Shown: piece after piece, positions 10,687-21,161 of the stretch
How the letters are laid out: every line of letters begins with the position of its first letter
How positions within the stretch are numbered: the stretch's first letter is position 1
Source of the DNA: a virus
Lineage: Duplodnaviria > Caudoviricetes
IMG/VR virus record: IMGVR_UViG_3300038300_000071
Span: 32,001 to 96,000 of that record
Direction: 5' to 3' (one strand)
Length of the DNA stretch: 64,000 nt
Program-made: the position numbers and the translations under genes
Notes under the pieces: generated by a model
Database searches by the model: none
What the model was told of the DNA's origin: nothing
What the model saw: only the letters and a program-made list of their open reading frames with translations

Positions 10687-11208
10687 ATGGCGAAAGTCTC
10701 AGGTGTAAGAAAAGTAGAAACGGAAACAGAATTGCGATCTCTAGTGGATAATGGAAATTCATTAGATAATGAAATAAAGAACTTGCAATTTAAGTCTGAA
10801 GCGATAAAGTCATCTATACTGGATCTGGCAGGCGATGGAATAGGTGAGAATGAAAAATCTATCAGGCTTGTTGCAGAAAGGTCAAATGCTTTATTAACTA
10901 GAACTGAAAAGGTAGAGTTTTCCAAGGATGAGAATTACTTGGACTTGCTAAAAGCTGTTGATGCTGGCGAATCTCCTTTGGAATTAACTTTTAAAAAGGA
11001 ATACAAACTAACAAAAAACATAGATGAAGTATTGGAGTTGTTGGAAGAAAACGGATTGCTTGATTCATTGGATGAAAAAACAACCATCGCAATAAAGCCA
11101 GAAGTTTTTAAAGGAATGAGTAAGACGGGAAAATTACAAAAAGCAATTCAAGACTGCGGTAAAGTAACGCCTTCGTTTAAAATAAAATATGAAATAAGAG
11201 AAGACTAG
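10687..11208 (+). CDS. hypothetical protein
   Basis: 173 aa ORF with RBS. Confidence 0.6.
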   Translation: MAKVSGVRKVETETELRSLVDNGNSLDNEIKNLQFKSEAIKSSILDLAGDGIGENEKSIRLVAERSNALLTRTEKVEFSKDENYLDLLKAVDAGESPLELTFKKEYKLTKNIDEVLELLEENGLLDSLDEKTTIAIKPEVFKGMSKTGKLQKAIQDCGKVTPSFKIKYEIRED

Positions 11209-11216
11209 GAGATATT

Positions 11217-12521
11217 ATGAGTAATGAAGAAGAGATTGACAATGAGCGCAGTTACGAAGGTTGCCACGGAGCTAAAGTTTTCGCACAGGATTTAGATTTG
11301 TTCCTTGGTGATGTTTTCGCCATGAATGCAGCATCTGATGAAATTGATGAGACTGAGAGCTCAAGATTTGCGTCTTGCATTTGGGGTCATCCGGGTATTG
11401 GTAAAACCGCCAAAATTAAGCAGTTTGCAAAAACTCCTGTGACTTGGAAGGGCAAGGATTATGAAGGTTATAAAGTTTACGATGTTCCAATCGGTCAGTT
11501 TGAAGAAATGGGCGACCTGCACGGAATGCCGGAGAAACATGCTTACATGAAGATTGAGCAGAGTGGAGCGGAAGGCGAAGAAGGTTATAAAGAAGCAGAG
11601 GGAAAATGGGTAGCAATGCCACTTATAGGTCAATATGAAGAGCAGGGATGGACTGCGGACACTTCAAAAGGAACGAAGACTCTTTATCTTCCACCTTCTT
11701 GGGTTCCAACTGAGGAAGGCCCATCAATCCTTTTGTTTGATGATTGGAACAGAGCTTCGATTCGTATTGTAAAGGGTATCATGCAGTTGTTTCAAAACTA
11801 TGGACTGCTGTCTTGGAAGCTTCCAAAGGGTTGTAATATCGTCCTTACGGGAAATCCAGACGAGCAGGATTACTTGGTAACTACCATTGATGATGCTATT
11901 CTGACTCGTATTAAAAGTGTTACATTGAAGCAGGATGCCAAAGAGTGGGCTGTTTGGGCTCAAGGCCAAGATTTAGATCCTCGTGGTATCAACTTCATCT
12001 TGCGTTATCCAGAGATGATGGTTGGCCCTTCGAGGACTAATCCAAGAACTCTTTCTGAATTTTTCAGAGCTTTGAAGCATGTTGGATCTTTAGATTCAAA
12101 TGAAAACAAGAAACGTATGAATATGCAGGCAGAAGCTTTGCTTGACGATGATACGATTTCGGTGATGAATACTTTCTTTTCTCGTGAGATCGAAATGATT
12201 ATCGAACCTGAGCAGATTGTCAGTGGCGACAAGAAGGCTCTTGATCACTTGAAGGCTCTGATGACGAAAAAGGAGCCAAGAACAGATATTGTTGGCATCA
12301 TCTGTGAAAGACTTTATGGCTTTGTTGTAAAGTTTGATGGAACTCCAACAAAAGATCAGATTGAGAATTTCCAGAAGTTTATTACTTCCGATAGTATTCC
12401 AGATGACTTACGACATGGTATTTGCCGTAGAATCGCTCGAAACAAGGCCAATAGCAACACAAAGCAATGGCTTATTGGAAATAAGATTCTGAGAGACCTT
12501 ATCTTAGAGACTCTTCATTAA
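11217..12521 (+). CDS. MoxR-like AAA+ ATPase
   Basis: GHPGIGKT Walker A, LLFDDWNR Walker B, TGNP, NPRT. Confidence 0.85.
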   Translation: MSNEEEIDNERSYEGCHGAKVFAQDLDLFLGDVFAMNAASDEIDETESSRFASCIWGHPGIGKTAKIKQFAKTPVTWKGKDYEGYKVYDVPIGQFEEMGDLHGMPEKHAYMKIEQSGAEGEEGYKEAEGKWVAMPLIGQYEEQGWTADTSKGTKTLYLPPSWVPTEEGPSILLFDDWNRASIRIVKGIMQLFQNYGLLSWKLPKGCNIVLTGNPDEQDYLVTTIDDAILTRIKSVTLKQDAKEWAVWAQGQDLDPRGINFILRYPEMMVGPSRTNPRTLSEFFRALKHVGSLDSNENKKRMNMQAEALLDDDTISVMNTFFSREIEMIIEPEQIVSGDKKALDHLKALMTKKEPRTDIVGIICERLYGFVVKFDGTPTKDQIENFQKFITSDSIPDDLRHGICRRIARNKANSNTKQWLIGNKILRDLILETLH

Positions 12522-12562
12522 AAATTAGGAATGGCGGGCTTCGTGTCCGTCTTTTTTTAGAT

Positions 12563-12922
12563 ATGAAAAAATTTAAAAGAAAATTAAAGCCTGAAGAAGA
12601 GAGTGTAAGCGCAACTCCTGATAGGAAGATAATATCTCAGACTAAAAAGATGTCTAAGAGGGATTACTTTGCAGGAGAAGCGCTTTTTTCATTAGTAGTT
12701 AGAAACGAGGCTTGTAATTTCTCAGTAGAGGCTTATTATGTAGCAGACCACATGCTGTCAAAGACGACAGATGAGGAGTGGAGTTCTGAAGTTGGTTTGA
12801 AGGATTATTTCGCTTCAAAGTTTATTTCAGGAGTGATACAGGCAAAACTGGATAGAAAGTATTCTCCAGAGGATGCTTTTAACGTTGCAAGTGAGATGAT
12901 TGAATCTCGTGAAAGAAAGTAA
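12563..12922 (+). CDS. hypothetical phage protein with two RDYFA-type repeats
   Basis: KRDYFAG and LKDYFAS internal repeats. Confidence 0.6.
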   Translation: MKKFKRKLKPEEESVSATPDRKIISQTKKMSKRDYFAGEALFSLVVRNEACNFSVEAYYVADHMLSKTTDEEWSSEVGLKDYFASKFISGVIQAKLDRKYSPEDAFNVASEMIESRERK

Positions 12923-13788
12923 TATTGATGAGATAGGAGATGTGTAAATTGGCATATTCGGAGGAAAATAGAATTGCGGACGAGATAGTAAATGATTTTA
13001 AGCATGGCGATTCTTGGCGGGTAATGAGCCAAGGCGGGAGGTTGACTTTTCTCAGAAGTTGTGAGAATAGCATGGAATTATATCTTTATAATTACATTTG
13101 TCCTTTCTATAAGGTTTCCATGGAGAGTCCTTTGCTTTTTAATTTTTCATATTTATCAAGTCGTAAGATCTCCAAAGCTTTCAAAGTTTATTTGAAAGCT
13201 TTGATGAAGGAGGAAAAGGAAAGAGGGAGGGCTGCAGTGTTGAATGAGTTTAAGGGATTGTATTTGCGGAACAATGATGGAAAGCTTTACCTGTATGATA
13301 AGAAAAAGATTAAATAGTAAAAAGGTTTAATAGTATGAAAAATGACATGACGAAAAAGGAAGCTTCACAGTGAGAAGTTTTAATGTAAATAGGGTTGCTT
13401 GGGATGGAAAGAGGGAGGTTCGCATTGATAATATTCCCAGATTGGATAAGAATCATAGGGATTTTATAGATTATATTGTTGAGAATGGGCATTGCTCTCC
13501 TGATTTTCTTATTAAAAGTAGTAAGAAGTATAAGTCTTCAAGGGAATTGATTAAGGCATCTTTTGGATCTCAGATGGTGTGCAAGAATTATTCTAATCAT
13601 AGAGTTTGGATTTGGTCAATGTCCGACTGGGAAGGAAAGGCTGATTTGTATTTGATGTACTCCGTAAAGGGAATGGGATTTTCTTACAAGGATGGGTCAA
13701 GTACGGATGAAGTGGTAAAGTTATATAAAGAAGTAGTTGATTGTATGAGTAATTTTTTAAATAAATAATAAAAAGAAGGTTGATTTAA

Positions 13789-14571
13789 ATGTCAAATCCA
13801 GTTTTAAATAGTAAGAAGTTTAAGAGTGATGGGTCAGAGTCCATGACTATGCAAGGAACAATAAACAAAACTTTAATTTTGTTTGGAATCCTTATGGTGA
13901 CAGCATCTTTAACGTGGACAAAGACGATAGGAGCTTTGAAGGCGAATGAAGTAGTTGCGGTAGGCGGTTCGGAAGAAATCTCAAGACTTTCATATGTCCC
14001 AGATGGAATAATCCCATTGGTTCTTGGAGGATGCCTTATTGGATTCGTTGTTGCGATGATTATAATATTTTTTCAAAAGTCGGCTCCAGTCTTAGCTCCT
14101 GTGTATGCTGCTCTTGAGGGAGTCTTTATTGGTGGTTTGTCAGCTATGTTTGAGTATATGTATCCAAATATCGCAATACAGGCTGCAGGATTAACATTGG
14201 CAGTTTTCTTTGCAATGTTGGCATTGTATAAAGCTAGAATTATAAGAGCAACGGAAAAGTTTAGAGCTGGATTGATGTCGGCTATGATTGGAATACTTAT
14301 TCTTTACTTAGTTGATTTATTCGCAGGAATGGCTGGATACAATCTTCCTTTGATTAACGATACCGGATTTTGGGGAATAGCTCTTTCTTTGTTTATAGTT
14401 ACAATAGCATCTTTGAATCTAATATTGGATTTTGATATGATTGAGACTGGAGTGGCATCCAAGGCTCCAAAGTACATGGAATGGTATGCAGGGTTTGGAT
14501 TGATGGTTACTCTTGTATGGCTTTACTTGGAGATACTGAGACTCTTGGCGAAGTTGAGAGGAAACGATTAA
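13789..14571 (+). CDS. Bax inhibitor-1/YccA family membrane protein
   Basis: About 7 TM segments; MTMQGTINKT, LDFD, EWYAGFGLMVTLVWLYLEILRLL. Confidence 0.9.
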   Translation: MSNPVLNSKKFKSDGSESMTMQGTINKTLILFGILMVTASLTWTKTIGALKANEVVAVGGSEEISRLSYVPDGIIPLVLGGCLIGFVVAMIIIFFQKSAPVLAPVYAALEGVFIGGLSAMFEYMYPNIAIQAAGLTLAVFFAMLALYKARIIRATEKFRAGLMSAMIGILILYLVDLFAGMAGYNLPLINDTGFWGIALSLFIVTIASLNLILDFDMIETGVASKAPKYMEWYAGFGLMVTLVWLYLEILRLLAKLRGND

Positions 14572-14591
14572 AGCTGTAAGTAGATAATTTC

Positions 14592-14627
14592 AAATGGCCC
14601 CTTTGTTGAAAAGGGGCCATTTTTTTT
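14592..14627 (+). terminator. intrinsic terminator
   Basis: aaatggccccttt-gttg-aaaaggggccattt plus T run. Confidence 0.8.
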
Positions 14628-15284
14628 GTTTTCACAGTGACAACGGTAGAAAAGAGGCTATTGTAAATAAAAAAGAGGATGGTGTTTTGAGCAAAGAGAT
14701 AAAAAAGAAGATGGTTGCAATTAGCAAAGAAATGAAATTAAAAACAGATAAGATATATTCCTCAAAGCAGGAACTGTACTCCCTTGAAGAAGAATATAGT
14801 GCTTTGAAAAAAGAATTGGCGGTTTTGGATGTTCCTGTTGTGTCGGTAAGTTTATACCATGACGATAGAGATGAGTTTAAGCTGACAGGAAGCTTTGATG
14901 CTGATGATGCTTTGGATAAGAGATTGGATTTAAACACTTCATGGGACAATGGGAAACGCGCTAGTCTGTATGCTGGGATTGAAGGATTACATTGTGCAGA
15001 GTATTCAATGGATGAGAATCCTTTGGCAAAAGTTTGTTCTGGAGAAACTATATTTACATATCCTTCTAATTCGGACAGTGGAAGGTATGAATCGAAAAAA
15101 ATAAATTCTCCAAATAATGCCCAAGCGTTGATTTTCTTCTTCAGGGCCATGCATTTTGTTGGAGATACACATCATTGTTATCTAGAAGGATATGAAATTA
15201 AAAAAGAAAATGGAATAAACATTGTAGAATTTTCCTCAGGGAGTTAATTTAAAGTATGTTTGTTTTAATAGAAGGAATTGGTAG

Positions 15285-15914
15285 ATGATATATTTTACAT
15301 CAGATCCACATTATTTCCACAAGAATATAATTAAGTATGAAAACAGGCCTTTTGAGTCTGTGGAAGAAATGAATGAGGCGATGATTAGTAATTGGAATTC
15401 GATAGTGAAGCCCGAAGACACAGTTTATCTTTTAGGAGATTTTGCATTTGTCAATAAGAGACATGAATTGGAAAGCATTGTAAAGAAATTAAATGGCCAC
15501 ATTCATTGGATACGTGGAAATCATGATAAGATTAAAAATGTAAAGGGAGTTGCGTGGGAAGGATCTTATCAGGAAGTGAGATATGATGATGGTATTTCCG
15601 AGAAGGGGAAATGGAAGTTTGTTCTAAGTCATTATCCCTTTGCATCTTGGAATGGAATGCATCATGGTTCAATACACTGTCATGGACACTGCCACGGCAA
15701 TCTCCCAGACTTAAGTCAATTGATAAAGAAACATGCAGAGATAGAAATTAAAACTCCAGAGCTCCTGAGGTTTGACGTGGGAGTTGATTGCTTTGACTTC
15801 TTTCCAGTTTCTATTGAAAGAATTATTGAGCTTGCAAAGGAGAGAATTGCCAGAAATGAAGAGTTTTTTGGCAAAAGATTTAGAGCCGATGATCATCACG
15901 GAGAGGATAGTTGA
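15285..15914 (+). CDS. calcineurin-like metallophosphoesterase
   Basis: SDPH, LGD, GNHD, SHYP, HGHCH motifs. Confidence 0.9.
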   Translation: MIYFTSDPHYFHKNIIKYENRPFESVEEMNEAMISNWNSIVKPEDTVYLLGDFAFVNKRHELESIVKKLNGHIHWIRGNHDKIKNVKGVAWEGSYQEVRYDDGISEKGKWKFVLSHYPFASWNGMHHGSIHCHGHCHGNLPDLSQLIKKHAEIEIKTPELLRFDVGVDCFDFFPVSIERIIELAKERIARNEEFFGKRFRADDHHGEDS

Positions 15915-15917
15915 GAT

Positions 15918-16664
15918 ATGTTAAAGTCTTTTTCATTTAGTAACTTCAGAATGTTTAAGGATGAAGCAACTATAGATTTCTCTACTGTTGACAAACACAG
16001 AAGTTCAAAGATAATTACCACTGGTGAATTTAACAAAGTGATTGCACTGTATGGAAGACCTTCTTCTGGAAGGTCAACTATATTAAATGTTTTACATGAG
16101 AGGCCGGATGGTATAAACTTCAAGGCCGATTCTGACGGAGAAATTAAGACATTTCATTTGGACGATATATCGGTAGAGCAGGCAACTTTGGCATATATAA
16201 ACGACCCAAAGGCTCTCAAATTTACAGTGGGAATATTGAAGAACTCAGATTTGGGAGTAACCAATGTAGTTATCGACAAGAATGGAAGTGTCAGATTCGA
16301 GCATGGGAAGTTTGAATTGCCAATGAAAAGTGAGTCAAGTGGAACGATAAGGCTTTACTGTATAATGCTTGGTATTTACAGAGCTGCTAAAGTAAAGGGA
16401 GTAGTTTTGTGGGATGAGCATACAATACTGCATCCAATGTTGGTTCGCGCTCTAATAAGTTTATTTTATGATACTGAATCTCAGTTGATAATATCAACAA
16501 ACATATCTTTAGACTGGATGACGGAGTGCTTTTTCGATGACAGTCAGATCTATATGGTGGATAAAGTTTCTGGTGGAAGCGTTGTCAGCAGAGTAGATGC
16601 AATGAGGGAAAGAACTTTGTATAATTCATCTTTGTGTAATAATTTATTTATAAATAAGCCTTAG
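15918..16664 (+). CDS. degenerate AAA_21/AbiEii-like ABC ATPase
   Basis: NFRMFK, GRPSSGRS (Walker A K to R), ESSGT, WDE..LHP. Confidence 0.65.
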   Translation: MLKSFSFSNFRMFKDEATIDFSTVDKHRSSKIITTGEFNKVIALYGRPSSGRSTILNVLHERPDGINFKADSDGEIKTFHLDDISVEQATLAYINDPKALKFTVGILKNSDLGVTNVVIDKNGSVRFEHGKFELPMKSESSGTIRLYCIMLGIYRAAKVKGVVLWDEHTILHPMLVRALISLFYDTESQLIISTNISLDWMTECFFDDSQIYMVDKVSGGSVVSRVDAMRERTLYNSSLCNNLFINKP

Positions 16665-16688
16665 TAAGATCTTATAAGGGAGTGTTTA

Positions 16689-17255
16689 ATGTACAATAAA
16701 GATATATCAAAAGAAGAGCTGGCAGAGCATATCCTACAGGGATGGATGCCAAAGCATGATTTTCCAAAAAACGTGATGAAGTTTATTGAAGACAATATTG
16801 GCGATATTCCATGGCTTAAGTTGCATGTTGTGGTTGAGAAAGATTTGTTGAAAGTAGGAATTTCATCAGTTGAAAATGCTAAGATTGGGAAAGGACTTTC
16901 TGGTTTCCAAAAGATAGCAGGAGTTACCATTTTAGTCATTACGTCTGGAAGTAGCAAGATTGGAATATACCATGATGCTTTGAGGCTTAGAGCTATAAAG
17001 ATTAATGGAAGTAATGCAGAGGAAGGTAAAAAAGATATAGCAAAGAAGATAAAGCCTGCCTTTGTTGTAGTAGAAGAAAAAATAGTTAAAGCTTCTCCTG
17101 CAAAAAAGAAAAGAACAAAAAAGCAAATTAAAGAAGCAATTGAAGACGCTGTTGAAGACGCGATGGAAGATGCGATTGAAGATATAATCGAGGATGTTCT
17201 CGAAGAGATTGAATCTTCTGAAGAGATTGCTGAAGAAAAAAACGATGATGAATAA
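16689..17255 (+). CDS. hypothetical protein with acidic C-terminal repeats
   Basis: IEDAVEDAMEDAIED repeat. Confidence 0.6.
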   Translation: MYNKDISKEELAEHILQGWMPKHDFPKNVMKFIEDNIGDIPWLKLHVVVEKDLLKVGISSVENAKIGKGLSGFQKIAGVTILVITSGSSKIGIYHDALRLRAIKINGSNAEEGKKDIAKKIKPAFVVVEEKIVKASPAKKKRTKKQIKEAIEDAVEDAMEDAIEDIIEDVLEEIESSEEIAEEKNDDE

Positions 17256-17674
17256 TGAAGGTCGGATTTGTAGGTTCTAAGTACGGAGGGAATGAATTCC
17301 AGCAGGATCTTCTCAGGGATCTCCTGCTGGCAATGGAGCCTTGCGAGGTTCATCACGGAGATAGAGTTGGTGCAGATGTGCAAATGCACGATATTTGTAG
17401 AGAATTGAATATACCAGTAATTATTCATCCTCCAGCTCATAAGGAATTAAGATCCTTTTGTGAAGGGTATAAGAAATGCCACGAGCCGAAGAGTTATATA
17501 TCAAGAAATAAAGATATAGTTAATGATACAGATATAGTAATAGCAATGCCAGATACATTAAGTGAGTCATTTAAGTCAGACACTTGGTCAACAATAAGAT
17601 ATGCCAAGAAATACTTAAGGCCATTGGTTGTAATAATGCTAGATGGCACTATTGTAGAAAAGAATATATCGTAA
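17255..17674 (+). CDS. SLOG-superfamily (DprA/Smf-like) protein
   Basis: VGFVGS, HHGD.VGAD, RNKDIV, TWSTIRYA. Confidence 0.7.
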   Translation: MKVGFVGSKYGGNEFQQDLLRDLLLAMEPCEVHHGDRVGADVQMHDICRELNIPVIIHPPAHKELRSFCEGYKKCHEPKSYISRNKDIVNDTDIVIAMPDTLSESFKSDTWSTIRYAKKYLRPLVVIMLDGTIVEKNIS

Positions 17675-17828
17675 GTTTAGGAAGGCTATGAGGCATCTCT
17701 CCCCCGTCGATGCTTTGTAGTTTTCCTTTTTTTTTGCAAATTTTCCACTTTTAGTATATATAATAAGTAGAATTTTTCTCAATCGGAGATATTGTATATT
17801 AGTGATTGCGTTGAGGTGAGAGCGGATA

Positions 17829-18209
17829 ATGTTAAAAAATGAAGGCGTTTATTGTTCAGTAGGTCTAAGGGAGTCGCGAGGCTGCTTGGTCATTTATGAT
17901 AAGAAGGAACTAGACGGTTCTTTCTCTGGATTTTTGATTAATAGCGACGGAGCTCTAAGGAAGTATGAATGCGGAGTTTATCATCGTGAGAACGATCAGC
18001 CAGCCAGAGTAACGAAGGGCGGAGCTATGATTTGGTATATCGATGGAAAGATGAGAAGAGATTATGGCCTTCCTTGTTTGATAACCGATTCTGGAGAAAG
18101 AGTTTGGTTCTCAGAGAGTTCTGACGGACACATGAATAAAGATCGTACAATTTCACTAGAAGCATTGAATGGTGCTTTGGTTATTGGATTTAAAGAGATT
18201 GTAGAATAA
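17829..18209 (+). CDS. hypothetical protein with HR-x-D-x-PA repeat
   Basis: HRENDQPA / RRDYGLP repeat. Confidence 0.55.
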   Translation: MLKNEGVYCSVGLRESRGCLVIYDKKELDGSFSGFLINSDGALRKYECGVYHRENDQPARVTKGGAMIWYIDGKMRRDYGLPCLITDSGERVWFSESSDGHMNKDRTISLEALNGALVIGFKEIVE

Positions 18210-18232
18210 TATTAAAAAGAAGGAGACTTGTT

Positions 18233-18571
18233 GTGCCTAGATTAAAGCCAATGAAGAAAGAAGAAGTAATGGAGTTGCTTGACACTCTTAATGGAGCCAC
18301 GAAAATTGGCAAAAGTAGCGATGGTTCAAGGATTCACATAAGATATAGAAAGTTTACAAAGGATACTGCTTTGTCAGTTCAAGAGCGTGAAAGAGCTAAG
18401 GATCTGAAGATTAAAGATGATCGATATACTGGACGTTTGGATCGTGTTTATAAAAGTGGCAGTGGAGATACAATAATGACAATGTTAGTTGAGCTTGAAA
18501 GAGATCATAAGTATAGATCTTTCAATCTCGATAAAGGTGAATTAATAACAATAGCAGTTCTCGGAAACTGA
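18233..18571 (+). CDS. hypothetical protein
   Basis: AGGAG RBS, 112 aa. Confidence 0.6.
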   Translation: MPRLKPMKKEEVMELLDTLNGATKIGKSSDGSRIHIRYRKFTKDTALSVQERERAKDLKIKDDRYTGRLDRVYKSGSGDTIMTMLVELERDHKYRSFNLDKGELITIAVLGN

Positions 18572-18584
18572 AAGGATTAGAAAA

Positions 18585-18968
18585 ATGGCTTTGAAAAAAT
18601 TTACAACAGCAGATAAGAAAAAGATTGAACTTCCACCGAAGGCGATAACTATAAATACGCACGGGAAGATAGTTTTCAACAAAAGTGTTGAAATGTCATA
18701 TGATTTTAAAGAAAATTTAAAGTATGCCGTTATATGGTTCGATGATGTCAAGAATTTGGTTTCAATTTCATTTGCTGGAAGTGGGAAAGACGATGGAGCT
18801 ATGGAAGTTTCTCACTCTGACAGTGTTGGTTATCATATAAATGCGAAATCTTTTTTAACATGGGCAAAAATACCTTTCGAGAGAACTGCAACTTTCCCAA
18901 TGTCAGAAAAGGATAATCGTTTTATTTTTACTTTAAAGAAGAGTAAGCTCAAGAAGCCGCAAAAGTGA
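18585..18968 (+). CDS. hypothetical protein
   Basis: AGGA RBS, 127 aa. Confidence 0.6.
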   Translation: MALKKFTTADKKKIELPPKAITINTHGKIVFNKSVEMSYDFKENLKYAVIWFDDVKNLVSISFAGSGKDDGAMEVSHSDSVGYHINAKSFLTWAKIPFERTATFPMSEKDNRFIFTLKKSKLKKPQK

Positions 18969-19558
18969 TAACGGTTATTACCCCCACGTACAAGAGGCCA
19001 AAAGATATAATAGAGAGGGCTGTAGGCTCTCTCAGGGCTCAAACGTATGTAAAGTGGAATCAGATAATATGTTCTGATGGAAGAGCTGAGGAAGTGCCTA
19101 GAAGGATAGCCGAGTCGGAAGAGAACAAACATCGAGTAAGTTATACAAATTCAAGCAAGAGTTATAATGACTATGGGCCGGGTGTAAGGGCCGAGATGCT
19201 GGAGAGAGTTGACACTGAGTATGTTTGTTTCCTTGATGATGATAATATCCTAATGCCTACTTATCTTGAAAAAATGATAAAGGCGATAGAGGATGATGGG
19301 GTTGATTTGGCAATTTGTCATTGTCTTCATTATGGGCCTCTTCCTCGAAGTTTCGGCAAAGCTCCAAAGATAGTAACTGGAATGCCTCCAAAGCTTTATA
19401 ATATTGATACTATACAGATAGTATGTAAGACTGAAGCGATTAGGGATATTGGCTGGCAAACAGAGAGTGGATATTACGCTGACGGAGTTACTTATGAGAA
19501 GTTGGCAGAGAAGTATAAATATGTAGAAGTTCCAGAAGTGTTGGCACTCCATTTGTAG
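18965..19558 (+). CDS. glycosyltransferase family 2
   Basis: VITPTYKR, CSDG, FLDDDN DxD motif. Confidence 0.85.
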   Translation: MITVITPTYKRPKDIIERAVGSLRAQTYVKWNQIICSDGRAEEVPRRIAESEENKHRVSYTNSSKSYNDYGPGVRAEMLERVDTEYVCFLDDDNILMPTYLEKMIKAIEDDGVDLAICHCLHYGPLPRSFGKAPKIVTGMPPKLYNIDTIQIVCKTEAIRDIGWQTESGYYADGVTYEKLAEKYKYVEVPEVLALHL

Positions 19559-19619
19559 GGATATATTTTAATATTTTTTTAATATTTTTTCCCATTGTAA
19601 ATGGAATTAGGAGCAATAA

Positions 19620-20378
19620 ATGAGTATTATTAGTTTTGAGAAGGATTTCTTCGTAGAGGTCATCAAAGGTAATGTGTCAGGGCACTCAATGGTCAATAAA
19701 TTTGGATATAACCTATCCATAGACACAGGTTCAGTCCCTGAGGATGTTTGGAACGGCGGAGGTTTATATGCTGCGTTTAACGCAACAGCAGCAGAGATTG
19801 TCGAGGTGTTTTCATCTGATGCTGCGGATGATTCAGCGGGTACTGGGGCGCGGACAGTGGATTTGTTCGGGCTAGATGGTAGTTATAATGAAACATCAGA
19901 AACTGTTATTCTTGATGGAGTTACGCCAGTTAACACAGTTAATTCTTATTTAAGGCTAGATAGAGCTATTGTTATTACGGCGGGTACTGGCGGCTCTAAT
20001 GCTGGAGTCATAACAGCTCGGCAGAGTGTGACAACCGCAAATGTCTTCACGGCCATTCCGATTTCCCGCAATCAAACAAATATAGCAGCCTATACCATTC
20101 CAGCGGGAAAAACGGGCTATTTATATTCTCTTGGGGTAACGGTGTCGAAGGCTACAGATACTGAAGCCCAGTTTGATCTTTTTGTTAGACCATTCGGGGA
20201 AGTGTTTCAAGGCAAAGATCCAGGTGTGGCATCAAAGGCTGGTGGACAATACATTCGAAACACTCACCCGTGGCTTGAGATTACTGAAAAGTCTGACATT
20301 GTTGTCAGAGTTAGTTCAGTAGGAGCTAACGGTACTCAGGTTGACGCAAACTTCGCTATACTATTAGTTGACAATTAA
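19620..20378 (+). CDS. putative virion structural protein
   Basis: Beta-rich G/A/T/S composition, NKFGYN motif typical of phage structural proteins. Confidence 0.5.
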   Translation: MSIISFEKDFFVEVIKGNVSGHSMVNKFGYNLSIDTGSVPEDVWNGGGLYAAFNATAAEIVEVFSSDAADDSAGTGARTVDLFGLDGSYNETSETVILDGVTPVNTVNSYLRLDRAIVITAGTGGSNAGVITARQSVTTANVFTAIPISRNQTNIAAYTIPAGKTGYLYSLGVTVSKATDTEAQFDLFVRPFGEVFQGKDPGVASKAGGQYIRNTHPWLEITEKSDIVVRVSSVGANGTQVDANFAILLVDN

Positions 20379-20441
20379 AGAATGCGAAGTAGTCGTAAGA
20401 ACAAATGATGTGTGAGTATGAATAAATATTTAAAAAGTTAC

Positions 20442-20470
20442 TTGACATGTAGGCAATTAAGAAGTATATT
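20442..20470 (+). promoter_or_regulatory. sigma70-type promoter of tRNA operon 1
   Basis: TTGACA-17 nt-TATATT. Confidence 0.85.
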
Positions 20471-20513
20471 TGTGTTATAAGATTTAAAAACAATTTAAAA
20501 AGAGAAAGAAAAA

Positions 20514-20591
20514 ATGTTTAACAAGATTACAGCGATTGAACCTAAAGGGCCGGAAGCGATTAAGCTTTCAGGGCTAGGTGCGTTGCTGTAG
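20514..20591 (+). CDS. attenuator leader peptide 1 (MFNKITAIEPKGPEAIKLSGLGALL)
   Basis: 25 codons between promoter and terminator; K/I/A/E/P/G codons match the downstream tRNAs. Confidence 0.8.
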   Translation: MFNKITAIEPKGPEAIKLSGLGALL

Positions 20592-20620
20592 TGATTTAAA
20601 AAACATTAGTAACAATCTTT

Positions 20621-20659
20621 AAAAGCCCTGAAAGCGTAAAAGCTCTCAGGGCTTTTTTT
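20621..20659 (+). terminator. attenuator terminator 1
   Basis: agccctgaaagc-gtaaaa-gctctcagggct-T run; 5' arm is also perfectly complementary to 20564-20575. Confidence 0.85.
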
Positions 20660-20673
20660 ATGTAAAAATTTAA

Positions 20674-20747
20674 CTGTGTGTATGTCAGTCTGGTAGACAA
20701 CTCCCCTTGGATGGGAGAAGCCGTTCGTTCAAATCGAACCACACAGA
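20674..20747 (+). tRNA. tRNA-Pro(TGG)
   Basis: Cloverleaf; ctccc-ct-TGG-at-gggag. Confidence 0.85.
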
Positions 20748-20758
20748 CTTTTTAAATT

Positions 20759-20832
20759 GGGGAATTAGCTCATTTGGCTAGAGCGCTGCCTTTGCAAGGC
20801 AGAGGTAACGAGTTCGAACCTCGTATTCTCCA
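20759..20832 (+). tRNA. tRNA-Ala(TGC)
   Basis: Cloverleaf, G3:U70, ctgcc-tt-TGC-aa-ggcag. Confidence 0.95.
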
Positions 20833-20927
20833 CTGGTTGGTTTGAGTTTCAGTTAGTATTTTCTGTTCTCATGTAGACAAAAATGGAAAAATGAAGGAAA
20901 GGCAACCTTTTGAAAAAATGTCTATAT

Positions 20928-21002
20928 GCTACGATATGCAAATTAGTTAAGCAGCTTTTCTGATAAAGAAGTGATTTTCAGGTGCAAGTCCTGATCGTAG
21001 TA
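20928..21002 (+). tRNA. tRNA-Ile(GAT)
   Basis: Cloverleaf, ct-GAT-aa loop, variant T loop. Confidence 0.85.
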
Positions 21003-21008
21003 CTTTAA

Positions 21009-21079
21009 GTCTCTATGGTGTAATGGTAGCACAAGCGGTTTTCATCCGCTAGGACTCGGATCGTAACCGTGTAGAGGTA
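21009..21079 (+). tRNA. tRNA-Glu(TTC)
   Basis: agcgg-tt-TTC-at-ccgct, variant T loop. Confidence 0.85.
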
Positions 21080-21161
21080 TTTTAAGAAATAAAAGATGAA
21101 GTATTTAAGAGTTAGATGTAGATTTTAAAAAAAGTGATTGTATAGTAGTTCAAGTAATTAA

